From positions 2,524 to 66,523 of the forward strand of contig DASRGK010000107.1 of the NCBI GenBank assembly GCA_035651055.1: DNA of 64,000 bases, in the 5' to 3' direction. Shown piece after piece: positions 45,214 through 54,330 of this stretch. Made by a program: the position numbers and the translations under genes. The notes under the pieces were generated by a model, which made no database searches, was not told the DNA's origin, and saw only the letters and a program-made list of their open reading frames with translations. Position 1 is the stretch's first letter; every line of letters begins with the position of its first letter. The DNA comes from Bauldia sp. (lineage in GTDB: Bacteria; Pseudomonadota; Alphaproteobacteria; Rhizobiales; Kaistiaceae).

Positions 45214-45240
45214 CTTTTTAATCGATAAAAAACAGTTTGA
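45214..45240 (+). promoter_or_regulatory. AT-rich 27-nt motif CTTTTTAATCGATAAAAAACAGTTTGA (copy 2)
   Basis: It lies in the divergent region between the GntR gene (ATG 45192) and the 45301 operon. It matches copy 1 at 22 of 27 positions and has T5-N8-A5 symmetry around ATCGAT. Confidence 0.45.
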
Positions 45241-45300
45241 CCAATCTCCGCGCTGTTGGTTTTTTCTCAATAAGAAACGTCTGGCGATGGGAAGGAACGC

Positions 45301-46341
45301 TTGGAAGAGCAAGGGTCGGCCGTCGCCGCTGCCCAAGATGGGCTGCGTCCCGGAACGGGCGTCTCCGTCGTTTCGGTAGGGCTGCGCCTGCTGAGCGCCG
45401 GCCCGCTTCTCATTCTCGCGATCCTGGTCGTCCTGATCGGGCTGACCACACCGGTTTTCATGAAGCCGGCCAACATTTCCAACATCCTTGCGCAGACCTC
45501 GGTCATCGCGATCGTCGCGCTCGGCCAGCACCTGGTGATCCTTACGCGCGGCATCGACCTGTCGGTCGGCGCCAACCTGGCCCTTGCCACGGTCGTCGGC
45601 GGTCTCCTGTTCAAGATCACCGACTCGTCGGCGGTCATCATCCTCGCCATGCTCGCCGTCGGCGTTCTGGTCGGTCTCGTCAACGGCGCCGTCTACGTGT
45701 TCGGACGGCTGCCGCACCCCTTCATCATCACCCTGGCGACGCTGAGCATCTGCCGCGGGATCGCATATTCAATCTCCGAAAGTCACACAACGATGCGCGG
45801 CGTGCCCGACCTTGTCGCCACGATCGGCGGCGGCGACCTATTAGGCATCCCCAATCCCGCGATCGTGGTCGCGGTCTGCGCCGCGCTTGTCCTCGTCATG
45901 ACCAAGGCGATGGTGTGGGGTCGCTGGATCTACGCCGTGGGCGGCGCCCCGAAAGCCGCAGTCGAGATGGGCATCCCGGTCAAGTGGGTGCTGGTCTCGA
46001 CCTACGTCGTGGCGGGCCTTTGCTGCGGGATCGGCGCGGTCGTACTTGCCGGCCGAACCGAATCGACCTCCCCGCTTTTCGGCAATCTTCTCGAACTGGA
46101 CACGATAGCCGCGGTCATCATCGGCGGCGCCAGCTTCCTCGGCGGCCGCGGGCATGTCGGCCACGCGCTGATCGGGGCGGTGATGATCGGCGTCATACGC
46201 AACGCCCTCAACCTCAACAATGTCGATGCCTTCGTCCAGATGGTCGCGATCGGGCTCGTCATCGTGATCGCCGTCGAAGCCGACGTGCTCCGCAGCCATC
46301 TCGAATCGCGCGCGCGGGCGCTGCAGTCGAGGACGACGTGA
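45301..46341 (+). CDS. ABC sugar permease (ribose-type)
   Basis: The TTG at 45301 follows GGAAGGA at a 5-nt spacing. Blocks: TRGIDLSVGANLAL and GGASFLGGRGHV. The start is moderately uncertain. Confidence 0.8.
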   Translation: MEEQGSAVAAAQDGLRPGTGVSVVSVGLRLLSAGPLLILAILVVLIGLTTPVFMKPANISNILAQTSVIAIVALGQHLVILTRGIDLSVGANLALATVVGGLLFKITDSSAVIILAMLAVGVLVGLVNGAVYVFGRLPHPFIITLATLSICRGIAYSISESHTTMRGVPDLVATIGGGDLLGIPNPAIVVAVCAALVLVMTKAMVWGRWIYAVGGAPKAAVEMGIPVKWVLVSTYVVAGLCCGIGAVVLAGRTESTSPLFGNLLELDTIAAVIIGGASFLGGRGHVGHALIGAVMIGVIRNALNLNNVDAFVQMVAIGLVIVIAVEADVLRSHLESRARALQSRTT

Positions 46342-47099
46342 TGGACGCGCCGCTGCCCGTGCTTTCGGTCCGCAACGCGCTGAAAAGCTTCGGCGCCGTC
46401 CAGGCGCTCCGCGGCGTCAGCCTCGACGTCTATCGCGGCGAGGTGCTCGCGCTGCTCGGCGACAACGGCGCCGGCAAGTCGACGCTGGTGAAATGCATCA
46501 GTGGCGTGCATGCGCTCGACGAGGGCGAAATCGCACTCGATGGCGAGCGGACCCTGCTTCATTCGCCTTCGGCGGCGCGCCGGGCCGGTATTGAGACGGT
46601 CTACCAGGACCTTGCCCTTTTCGACAATCTGACGCCGGCCCAGAACTTCTATTGCGGACGCGAGATCGCCGGGCCGGAATGGCTGCCGCGACCGCTGCGC
46701 TTCCTCAGGAAGCGCGCCATGGATCGTGAAGCCGCCGCCATCATCGATCGGCTGAAAGTCACGCTTCCGAAGTTCGACGCGCCGGTCGCATTGATGTCCG
46801 GAGGGCAGCGTCAGGCGATTGCCGTTGCGCGCGCGGCCGTCTTCGCCCGCAAGGTTGTCATGCTCGACGAGCCTACCGCGGCCCTCGGTCTGCGCGAGTC
46901 GCGCAAGGTGCTCGACCTGATCAAGCAGCTCAGGGCCGAGGGAAACGCCGTCATCGTGATCACGCACAACATGGAACACGTGGTCGAGCTTGCCGACCGC
47001 GCCGTGGTGCTGCGCCAGGGCCGCAAGGTCGGCGAACTGAAGCCCGACAAGACCAACCGTCAGCAGCTCGTGTCGATGATCGTCGGCGCTGAGGCGTGA
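46341..47099 (+). CDS. ABC sugar transporter ATP-binding protein, single NBD (FrcA-like size)
   Basis: The ATG at 46341 overlaps the permease stop. 252 aa: GDNGAGKST, MSGGQRQ, VMLDEPTAAL. Confidence 0.9.
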   Translation: MDAPLPVLSVRNALKSFGAVQALRGVSLDVYRGEVLALLGDNGAGKSTLVKCISGVHALDEGEIALDGERTLLHSPSAARRAGIETVYQDLALFDNLTPAQNFYCGREIAGPEWLPRPLRFLRKRAMDREAAAIIDRLKVTLPKFDAPVALMSGGQRQAIAVARAAVFARKVVMLDEPTAALGLRESRKVLDLIKQLRAEGNAVIVITHNMEHVVELADRAVVLRQGRKVGELKPDKTNRQQLVSMIVGAEA

Positions 47100-47177
47100 A
47101 AGAGATTCGCCGTCCCCGGACGGCGATGGAGAAGGTCGGCTCGCATGGAGCCGATCGTGAAAGGGAGGATTGGGTTC

Positions 47178-48092
47178 ATGAGACTTAGCCTATCGCTGGG
47201 CGGGATCGCGCTGGCAGTTGCGCTGGCGTCCCCCGCGCTTGCGGCCGACAAGATCAAGGTCGGCTTCATCACGAAATTTCCTGTCCCGTATTTCGCGACC
47301 ATGGAAGACGCCGCGAAGGAGTGGGGGAAGGCTCACCCTGACGTCGAGATCATCTACGGTCAGGGCAAGAACAACGACGATATCGACGGCACGATCGCGC
47401 TCATCGAGAACATGGTCGCGCAGGGCGTAAAGGGCATCGCCATCACGCCGATCGATCCGTCGATCTCCAAGAGCCTCGACAAGGCGATCGCCGCCGGGGT
47501 GAAGGTCGTCCTGATGGACAACGACATCCCCGGCTGGGAAGGTCGCTCGGCACTCGCCACGACGAACAACCGCGAAGCCGGAAAGATCGCCGGCGGCTAT
47601 CTGAAGACTGTTCTCAAGGACGGCGACAAGATCGGCATCCTCGACGGCAAGCCGGAAGTCGTCCCGCTCAACGACCGGGTCGAAGGCATGCTCGAAGGTC
47701 TGAGCGGCGTGAAGGTCGATATCGTCGGACGCGGCCGCACGGCGTGCGAGCCCGACAAGGGCCAGCAGGTTGCGGAAGACATCCTCACTGCCCATCCCGA
47801 ACTGAAGGCGATCTACTCGGCTTGTGGCCCGCCGGCCGCCAGCGCCGCGACCGCCATCAAGAACGCCAAGCTCGACCACAAGGTGATCCTGGTCGGCTTC
47901 GACTTCTGTTGCGGCGAGGAAGACGCCATCGCCAAGGGCGAGGAGGACGCCTCGGTCGCCCAGTTCCCCAAGAAGATGTCCGAGTTCGGGCTGGATGGCC
48001 TGATCAAGGCGATCAAGGGCGAACCGGTCGAGAAGCTCATCGACACCGGCGCCGCGCTTGTGACCAAGGCCAATATGGACCAGTTCAAGTAG
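47178..48092 (+). CDS. Periplasmic sugar-binding protein, CUT2 type (encoded last in its transporter unit)
   Basis: The ATG follows AAGGGAGGA. The signal peptide is MRLSLSLGGIALAVALASPALA. 304 aa. Confidence 0.85.
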   Translation: MRLSLSLGGIALAVALASPALAADKIKVGFITKFPVPYFATMEDAAKEWGKAHPDVEIIYGQGKNNDDIDGTIALIENMVAQGVKGIAITPIDPSISKSLDKAIAAGVKVVLMDNDIPGWEGRSALATTNNREAGKIAGGYLKTVLKDGDKIGILDGKPEVVPLNDRVEGMLEGLSGVKVDIVGRGRTACEPDKGQQVAEDILTAHPELKAIYSACGPPAASAATAIKNAKLDHKVILVGFDFCCGEEDAIAKGEEDASVAQFPKKMSEFGLDGLIKAIKGEPVEKLIDTGAALVTKANMDQFK

Positions 48093-48105
48093 CAGCCGGC
48101 GACTG

Positions 48106-48140
48106 CTCCGGGGGCCGGTTTCCCTGTCCGGCCCTCGGAG
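48106..48140 (+). terminator. GC-rich hairpin after the binding-protein gene
   Basis: CTCCGGGGGCCGG-N9-CCGGCCCTCGGAG has 13 paired positions including one G-U pair. It starts 14 nt after the stop. Confidence 0.45.
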
Positions 48141-48168
48141 GCTTTGACCGCCGTCGGAACAATCCTCC

Positions 48169-49203
48169 ATGATCGACCCTAATGCGCTGGTGTGCCTGGA
48201 GCCGGGAAGGCTGCAGATCGAGCGGCGCGCGCTGCCCGTCCGCGGCGATGGCGATGCGCTGGTCCGCCCGCTGCGGATAGGAATTTGCGGGACCGACTAT
48301 CACATCTACGAGGGCACCCACCCGTTCCTGAAATACCCGCGCGTGATGGGCCACGAGCTCGCCGTCGAGGTGGTCGAGGCGCCCCCACATCTCGACCTGA
48401 ACGTCGGCGACACCTGCGTCGTCAACCCTTACCTTTCCTGCGGTTATTGCATTGCCTGCCGCGCCGGAAAGCCCAATTGCTGCGTCAACATCTCCGTCCT
48501 TGGCGTCCATCGGGACGGGGGAATGGCCGATCTTCTTGTCCTCCCGGCGAAGAATCTCATTCGCGGCGACGGACTGACAGCCGACCAGTGCGCCATCGTC
48601 GAATTTCTTTCGATCGGGGCGCACGCTGTCAGGCGCGGTGGTGTCAGCGCCGCCGATCGCGTGCTCGTGGTTGGCGCCGGGCCTATCGGTATCGGCGTCG
48701 CGCTCTTTGCGGGACTGACCGGCGCGCGGGTTGGCATCCTTGACCGCGAGCGCGAACGCGCCGAAACGGCGCGGCGGCTTACCGGGACGGAGATCATTCC
48801 GGCCGAGGGGAACCTCGCGGCAGCAGTTCAGTCTTTCACGAACGGAGAAGGTTTCGAGGTCGTCTTCGACGCCACAGGCAATTCCAAGGCCATGGAGGCC
48901 GGCTTCGACCACGTCGCTCACGGCGGCAGGTACGTGCTGGTCAGCGTGGTCAAGGAAGCCATCACTTTCCGGGATCCCGATCTTCACCGGAAGGAGATGT
49001 CGCTCTTCGGCAGCCGCAACGCGACGGTTGCGGACTTCAAGCAGGTCATGGCGGCTATTCGCGAGCGGAAGATCGACGCTGATGCCCTCATAACGCACCG
49101 GACCACCCTGGCGGATGCGGTGGTCGATATTCCACGGTGGGCCACCCAGAAGGTCGGCCTGATCAAGGCCCTGATCGAGGCAGATACCGATCGGCTCGGT
49201 TGA
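48169..49203 (+). CDS. Zinc-dependent medium-chain alcohol/polyol dehydrogenase
   Basis: 344 aa: GICGTDYHIY, MGHELA, the structural-zinc Cys cluster CGYCIACRAGKPNCC, and VVGAGPIGIG. Confidence 0.85.
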   Translation: MIDPNALVCLEPGRLQIERRALPVRGDGDALVRPLRIGICGTDYHIYEGTHPFLKYPRVMGHELAVEVVEAPPHLDLNVGDTCVVNPYLSCGYCIACRAGKPNCCVNISVLGVHRDGGMADLLVLPAKNLIRGDGLTADQCAIVEFLSIGAHAVRRGGVSAADRVLVVGAGPIGIGVALFAGLTGARVGILDRERERAETARRLTGTEIIPAEGNLAAAVQSFTNGEGFEVVFDATGNSKAMEAGFDHVAHGGRYVLVSVVKEAITFRDPDLHRKEMSLFGSRNATVADFKQVMAAIRERKIDADALITHRTTLADAVVDIPRWATQKVGLIKALIEADTDRLG

Positions 49204-49271
49204 CACCCCTTACCTCACCAGATCATATGAAAAGGTACATATCACGAAGATTGATCTAGTGGGGCGGCGTG

Positions 49272-50786
49272 ATGAAGGCGCGGGTATCGGTACATCGGGA
49301 CTTCAAGATCAGCACCATCGATGACCGCATCTACAGTGCATTCCTCGAGCACCTCGGACGGGCCGTCTATGGCGGCATTTACGAGCCCGGCCATCCTACA
49401 GCCGACGCGGACGGCTTCCGCGGTGACGTGCTGGATCTGGTCCGCGATCTGAACATCCCGCTGGTCCGGTATCCGGGCGGCAATTTCGTCTCCAACTATG
49501 ACTGGATGGATGGCATCGGCCCGCGCGACAAGCGGCCGACCCGTCTCGACCTTGCCTGGCGGACCACCGAGACCAACGAGATCGGCACCGACGAATTCAT
49601 GCGCTGGTGCCGCAAGGCGAACACTGAGCCGATGATGGCGGTGAACCTCGGCACCAAGGGGTTCACCGAGGCCCTGGCGCTGCTCGAATACTGCAATCAC
49701 AAGGGCGGCTCGTACTGGAGCGACCTGCGCCGGAAGAACGGCGCAAGCCACCCGTACGGTGTCAAGGTGTGGTGCCTCGGCAACGAGATGGACGGGCCGT
49801 GGCAGATGAACCATCGCACCGCCTACGAATATGGGCGCATCGCCAACGAAGTCGCCCGCGGCATGAAGACGTTCGACGCCTCTCTTCAGCTCGTGGCATG
49901 CGGGTCCTCGCACGCCAACATGCCGACCTATCCCGACTGGGAGCGCGAGGTCCTGGAGGAGTGCTACGACAACGTCGACTACATCTCGCTCCACACATAC
50001 TGGCAGAACTACGAGTCCGACTCGCTCAACTTCCTGGCGAAGACGGTGCTTCTCGACCGGTACATCGGCACGGTCAGCGGCGTCATCGATTACGTCAAGG
50101 CGAAGCGGCGTTCGCGGCACGACGTCCATATCTCGTTCGACGAGTGGAACGTCTGGTACCACTCGCGCAAGCCCGATGGCAGCAACGACGACGGCAAGGA
50201 CGCCTTCTGGCGTACCGCACCGCCGATCCTGGAAGACGTCTACAACTTCGAGGACGTGCTCCTCGTCGGCTGTGCGCTCAACACCTTCATCCGCCGCTCC
50301 GATCGCGTGCGCGTCGCCTGCATCGCCCAGCTGGTCAACGTGATCGCGCCGATCATGACGGAGAATGGCGGGCCGGCCTGGAAGCAAACCACCTACTATC
50401 CCTACCAGTTCGCTTCCCTCTATGGCCGCGGCGACGCGATGAACGTGGCGGTCGACTGCCCGACATACGACGCCAAGGTCGCCGACGACGTGCCCTACCT
50501 CGACGTCGCGGCGGTGCGCGCGCCTGACGCCAGGATGCTCACCCTGTTCATGGTCAACCGTCATCCGACCGAGGCGCTTTCGATCGATGTCGATCTGGCC
50601 GGCTTCGACGCGACGGAGATCGCGCAACATATCTCCATCGCAAATTCGGACCTCGGCGCGACCAACACGGCCAAGCACCAGAACCGCGTCGTGCCGACCA
50701 AAGGCCAGGGAGTCGGCCTCCGCGACGGGCGCGTCGGAGGCCAACTCGCCGGGCGCTCCTACCATGTCATCCGGATCAGAATTTGA
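49272..50786 (+). CDS. abfA: GH51 alpha-L-arabinofuranosidase
   Basis: MKARVSVHRDFKISTIDDRIYSAFLEHLGRAVYGGIYEP...VRYPGGNFVSNYDW...WCLGNEMDGPWQ (acid/base Glu)...ISFDEWNVWY (nucleophile Glu). The GTG at 49269 is an alternative start. Confidence 0.88.
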   Translation: MKARVSVHRDFKISTIDDRIYSAFLEHLGRAVYGGIYEPGHPTADADGFRGDVLDLVRDLNIPLVRYPGGNFVSNYDWMDGIGPRDKRPTRLDLAWRTTETNEIGTDEFMRWCRKANTEPMMAVNLGTKGFTEALALLEYCNHKGGSYWSDLRRKNGASHPYGVKVWCLGNEMDGPWQMNHRTAYEYGRIANEVARGMKTFDASLQLVACGSSHANMPTYPDWEREVLEECYDNVDYISLHTYWQNYESDSLNFLAKTVLLDRYIGTVSGVIDYVKAKRRSRHDVHISFDEWNVWYHSRKPDGSNDDGKDAFWRTAPPILEDVYNFEDVLLVGCALNTFIRRSDRVRVACIAQLVNVIAPIMTENGGPAWKQTTYYPYQFASLYGRGDAMNVAVDCPTYDAKVADDVPYLDVAAVRAPDARMLTLFMVNRHPTEALSIDVDLAGFDATEIAQHISIANSDLGATNTAKHQNRVVPTKGQGVGLRDGRVGGQLAGRSYHVIRIRI

Positions 50787-51051
50787 CCGGTGAAGACTCC
50801 CCCTCCCGCGAACCAGTTTTCATATCGTGTCCGCTGATACATATCATCGATTAATTGACTTCCGTCGTCCGGGCGATATCGTCCGGAGCAAGAGGATCCG
50901 GCGCGGAGCAGTTCCGCCCGGCCGTTCTGGGAGGAGCGGCTGCCGTGCTGGCGAAGGGGATGGGATCGACCGCGGCACAGCCTGAGCGCGCGGGAGGTAA
51001 CCCGAGTCAATCAGAGTGAGGAGCAGCGCGGCGGCCACCCGGCCGTCGTGA

Positions 51052-51069
51052 ATTGGCGCGCGCGCCAAT
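51052..51069. promoter_or_regulatory. 18-bp perfect palindrome ATTGGCGCGCGCGCCAAT
   Basis: Perfect dyad 62 nt upstream of the ATG at 51132 (CUT1 operon). Confidence 0.35.
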
Positions 51070-51131
51070 CGTCAAATTCGGGCCGGGAAACCGCGCACCG
51101 AAGATCAAGAACCGGTGGAGGAAAGACAAAC

Positions 51132-52409
51132 ATGCAAAGCACATGGAAGAAATTGCTTCTCTCAGCGGCGCTCGTCGTTGCGACAGCCGCGGGAGCTTCG
51201 GCCAAGGAAACGGTGGTCTGGTGGGATTTCCTCGGCGGCGGCGACGGCGTTCGCATGAAGAAGCTCATCGAGGACTTCAACGCCGAGCATAAGGACTCGA
51301 TCGAAATCCAGGCGACCACGCTCGACTGGGGCGTGCCCTTCTACACGAAGGTGCAGACCTCGGCCGCCGTCGGCGAGGGGCCGGACGTGATGACCTATCA
51401 CGCCTCGCGCATTCCGCTCGCGGTCAGTCAGGGCGTGCTTGCCGAGATCACGCCGGACGACATGAAGATCATGGGCCTCAGCGAGGCGAGCTTCGCCAGC
51501 GCGCCATGGTCGGCCGTGCACGTCGACGGCAAGCAATATGCCGTGCCCTTCGATACGCACCCGATCGTGCTCTACTACAACAAAGACAAGCTCGCCGCCG
51601 CTGGCCTCATCGGCGACAACGGCCTGCCCAAGGACCTGAATGGCGTCGACAATTTCAAGGCGGCGCTGAAGAAACTGAAGGACGGCGGCAGCAAATGGGG
51701 CATCTCCACCGTCACCGCCGACGGCAGCTTTTCCTTCCGCACCATTTACTCCCTGCTCTGCCAGCAGGGCGGCAGCATCGGTTCTGACGGCCATTGGCTG
51801 GAAGGCGACAACGCGGACAAGCTCGCCAAGGCCGTGCAGGTGATCTCTGACTGGGTCTCGAACGGGTACAACCCGAGCTATACCGACTACCCGACCACGG
51901 TCGCGCTGTTTACGTCCGGCGATGCCGCGATGATGATAAACGGCGTGTGGGAAGTTCCCACGATGACCGACCTTGCCAAGCAGGGAAAGCTGTTCAACTG
52001 GGGTGCCATCGAGCTCCCGGTATTCTTCGACAAGCCTTGCACGTACTCGGACTCGCACTCCTTCGCGATCCCGAACAATGCCGGCAAGCCGCAGACCCCG
52101 GAAAAGCACGCCGCGGTGCTCGAGGTGATCAAGTGGATGGAAGGGCACTCCCTGTTCTGGGCGACCGCCGGTCACATCCCTGCGAACAAAGCAGTGACCG
52201 ACTCGGCTGAGTACAAGGCCATGCAGCCGCAGGCGACCTATGCCACGCTCGCCGCCAACATGATCTACGACCCGAAGTCGAAGTTCGCCGGTGTCGCTTC
52301 GCCGCTGTTCGATGCGGCGGGCAATGCATTCACGGCGGCCATCAACGGTGAAACCTCCCCGGCTGACGCGGTCGCCGACATGAAGGCAACGCTCAACGCT
52401 CTCAAGTAA
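51132..52409 (+). CDS. Extracellular solute-binding protein, CUT1 sugar type
   Basis: The ATG follows GGTGGAGGAAAG. The signal peptide is MQSTWKKLLLSAALVVATAAGASA. 425 aa. Confidence 0.85.
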   Translation: MQSTWKKLLLSAALVVATAAGASAKETVVWWDFLGGGDGVRMKKLIEDFNAEHKDSIEIQATTLDWGVPFYTKVQTSAAVGEGPDVMTYHASRIPLAVSQGVLAEITPDDMKIMGLSEASFASAPWSAVHVDGKQYAVPFDTHPIVLYYNKDKLAAAGLIGDNGLPKDLNGVDNFKAALKKLKDGGSKWGISTVTADGSFSFRTIYSLLCQQGGSIGSDGHWLEGDNADKLAKAVQVISDWVSNGYNPSYTDYPTTVALFTSGDAAMMINGVWEVPTMTDLAKQGKLFNWGAIELPVFFDKPCTYSDSHSFAIPNNAGKPQTPEKHAAVLEVIKWMEGHSLFWATAGHIPANKAVTDSAEYKAMQPQATYATLAANMIYDPKSKFAGVASPLFDAAGNAFTAAINGETSPADAVADMKATLNALK

Positions 52410-52424
52410 CCTCCCGCGACGACT

Positions 52425-52454
52425 CCGGCCGGCACGGTTCGCCGTGTCGGCCGG
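52425..52454 (+). terminator. GC-rich hairpin with UUCG tetraloop after the binding-protein gene
   Basis: CCGGCCGGCACGG-TTCG-CCGTGTCGGCCGG, a 13-bp stem with one G-U pair, 15 nt after the stop. Confidence 0.5.
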
Positions 52455-52478
52455 GTTCTCGGAGGCTCCGGATCCGGA

Positions 52479-53357
52479 ATGCTGAAGAGCAGGCGTAACG
52501 AGATTCTTACGGCCGCTGTCCTTGTCGCGCCCTTTGTCGCGATCTACGGCTGGCTGTTCATCTACCCGACGCTGCAGATGGTGCAGCTAAGCCTTACTGA
52601 CGCTCCGTTGATCGGGGCTGGCAACTGGATCGGCAGCGAGAACTACGCTCAGCTCCTGTCCGACAAGATATTCCACACGGCGGTCTGGAATACGTCCTAT
52701 TTCGTCATCATGACGGTCATCCCTGGCACTGCCGTCGCGCTCGCGATCGCGCTGATGGTAAGCCGCCTGCGCGGCTGGGCGCAGAGCATCATCCTGGCGG
52801 CTTTCTTCCTGCCTTACGTGCTGCCCGTCACGGTCGTCTACGTGATCTGGGACTGGATGCTGAACGTCCAGTACGGCGTCCTCCAGCATCTCATCACGCC
52901 CATCATGGGCCAGCCGGTGAACGTATGGCGGCGCCTGCCGTGGCTGCTGCCGATGACCGCTCTCATTACCGTGTGGTGGACGAACGGTCTCTCAATCCTG
53001 CTCTTCCTGGCCGGGCTCAGGAACATCCCGCAAGAGATATACGAAGCCGCACAGCTTGACGGCGCCACGCGCTGGCAGGTTTTCCGGCGCATCACCTGGC
53101 CCCTGATCTGGCCGGTCACCGTGCTCTGCCTCACCATCCAGCTTATCCTGCAGATGAAGATCTTCGATCAGGTCTATCTCTTTTCGATGGGCGGCCGTAC
53201 CCAGGCCACGATGGTTCTGGTCCAGTACATTTTCGATCAGGCCTTCGTGCACAACAAAGGCGGCTATGCCGCGACAATCGCCGTTGCGCTGTTCGTCATC
53301 GTCATTGCGTTCTCGGTGCTTCAGTTCCAGGCCCTGCGCGCACGGAGCGCGCAATGA
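52479..53357 (+). CDS. CUT1 ABC permease (MalF-like)
   Basis: 292 aa. EAA loop: YEAAQLDGATRWQVFRRITWPL. Confidence 0.85.
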   Translation: MLKSRRNEILTAAVLVAPFVAIYGWLFIYPTLQMVQLSLTDAPLIGAGNWIGSENYAQLLSDKIFHTAVWNTSYFVIMTVIPGTAVALAIALMVSRLRGWAQSIILAAFFLPYVLPVTVVYVIWDWMLNVQYGVLQHLITPIMGQPVNVWRRLPWLLPMTALITVWWTNGLSILLFLAGLRNIPQEIYEAAQLDGATRWQVFRRITWPLIWPVTVLCLTIQLILQMKIFDQVYLFSMGGRTQATMVLVQYIFDQAFVHNKGGYAATIAVALFVIVIAFSVLQFQALRARSAQ

Positions 53358-54226
53358 CCGCCACCACCGCCGACCTCAGCCGGATCGCAGTCAGGTCGAG
53401 CCGGTTCGGCGACATCGGCGCAATCCTGCTGACGATCCTGACCATCATCTGCGCCGTGGTCTGGTTCTTTCCGCTCTACTGGGCGCTCGTCACGAGCTTC
53501 AAGTACGAAAACGACGTCCTGTCCAAGTCGTTTTCGCTGCTGCCCGAGCACCCGACGCTCACCGCGTACATCTACATGCTGACGCACTCGCGTCTTCTTA
53601 CCTGGTATCTCAACTCGACGATCGTCGCAGTCTCGACCACCGTCCTGGTCGTCCTGATGGCGGCATGCTGTGGCTACGCCATCTCGCAACTGCGCTTCCC
53701 CGGCCGCAAACTTCTCTGGTGGCTTATCCTGGCCAGTTTCATGGTCCCGGTGCCGGCGCTGATCGTGAACCATTTCATCATCATCGCCGGCGTGCAGCTG
53801 CTCAACACCTATCCGGGCGTCGTGCTGCCGCAGATGATCGCGCCCGTGACGATCATCATCTACAAGCAGTTCTTCGATTCGGTGCCGCGCGATTTTCGCG
53901 AGGCCGCGGTGATGGACGGCGCGAGCGAGTTCCAGCTGCTGTTTCGTATCTTCCTGCCCATGAACTGGGGCGTGACGACGGCGCTGGCGATCGTCACCTT
54001 CATCGGGGCGTGGAACACTTTCCTGTGGCCGTTCCTGGCCACCAAGACCGAAGACATGATGACGGTGACAGTCGGCATCGTCGCCGTCCAGGACGCCTTC
54101 GGCGTTTACTACGCCAAGCTCCTCGCCGGCGCCGTGCTCGCAGGCCTGCCGGTTGCGACGGCGTACCTCATCTTTCAGCGCCGGGTCACCCAGGCCATCA
54201 CGCTGTCCGCCGGTATCAAGGGCTGA
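53354..54226 (+). CDS. CUT1 ABC permease (MalG-like)
   Basis: 290 aa. The start overlaps the previous stop. EAA loop: REAAVMDGASEFQLLFRIFLPM. Confidence 0.85.
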   Translation: MTATTADLSRIAVRSSRFGDIGAILLTILTIICAVVWFFPLYWALVTSFKYENDVLSKSFSLLPEHPTLTAYIYMLTHSRLLTWYLNSTIVAVSTTVLVVLMAACCGYAISQLRFPGRKLLWWLILASFMVPVPALIVNHFIIIAGVQLLNTYPGVVLPQMIAPVTIIIYKQFFDSVPRDFREAAVMDGASEFQLLFRIFLPMNWGVTTALAIVTFIGAWNTFLWPFLATKTEDMMTVTVGIVAVQDAFGVYYAKLLAGAVLAGLPVATAYLIFQRRVTQAITLSAGIKG

Positions 54227-54282
54227 GCGGAGACCGCGGCCGCGGTGTCAGGCCCTGGACAACATCAACTGGCGTTGGACCT

Positions 54283-54299
54283 TATCAGCCTTCCTGATA
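54283..54299. promoter_or_regulatory. Inverted repeat TATCAG-N5-CTGATA upstream of the ArsR-fusion gene
   Basis: 6-bp perfect arms 32 nt upstream of the GTG at 54331. It shares TGATA/TATCA half-sites with 50835-50846. Confidence 0.25.
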
Positions 54300-54330
54300 T
54301 AGACGCGCAGCATCGCAGTCTGGGCAGCCC

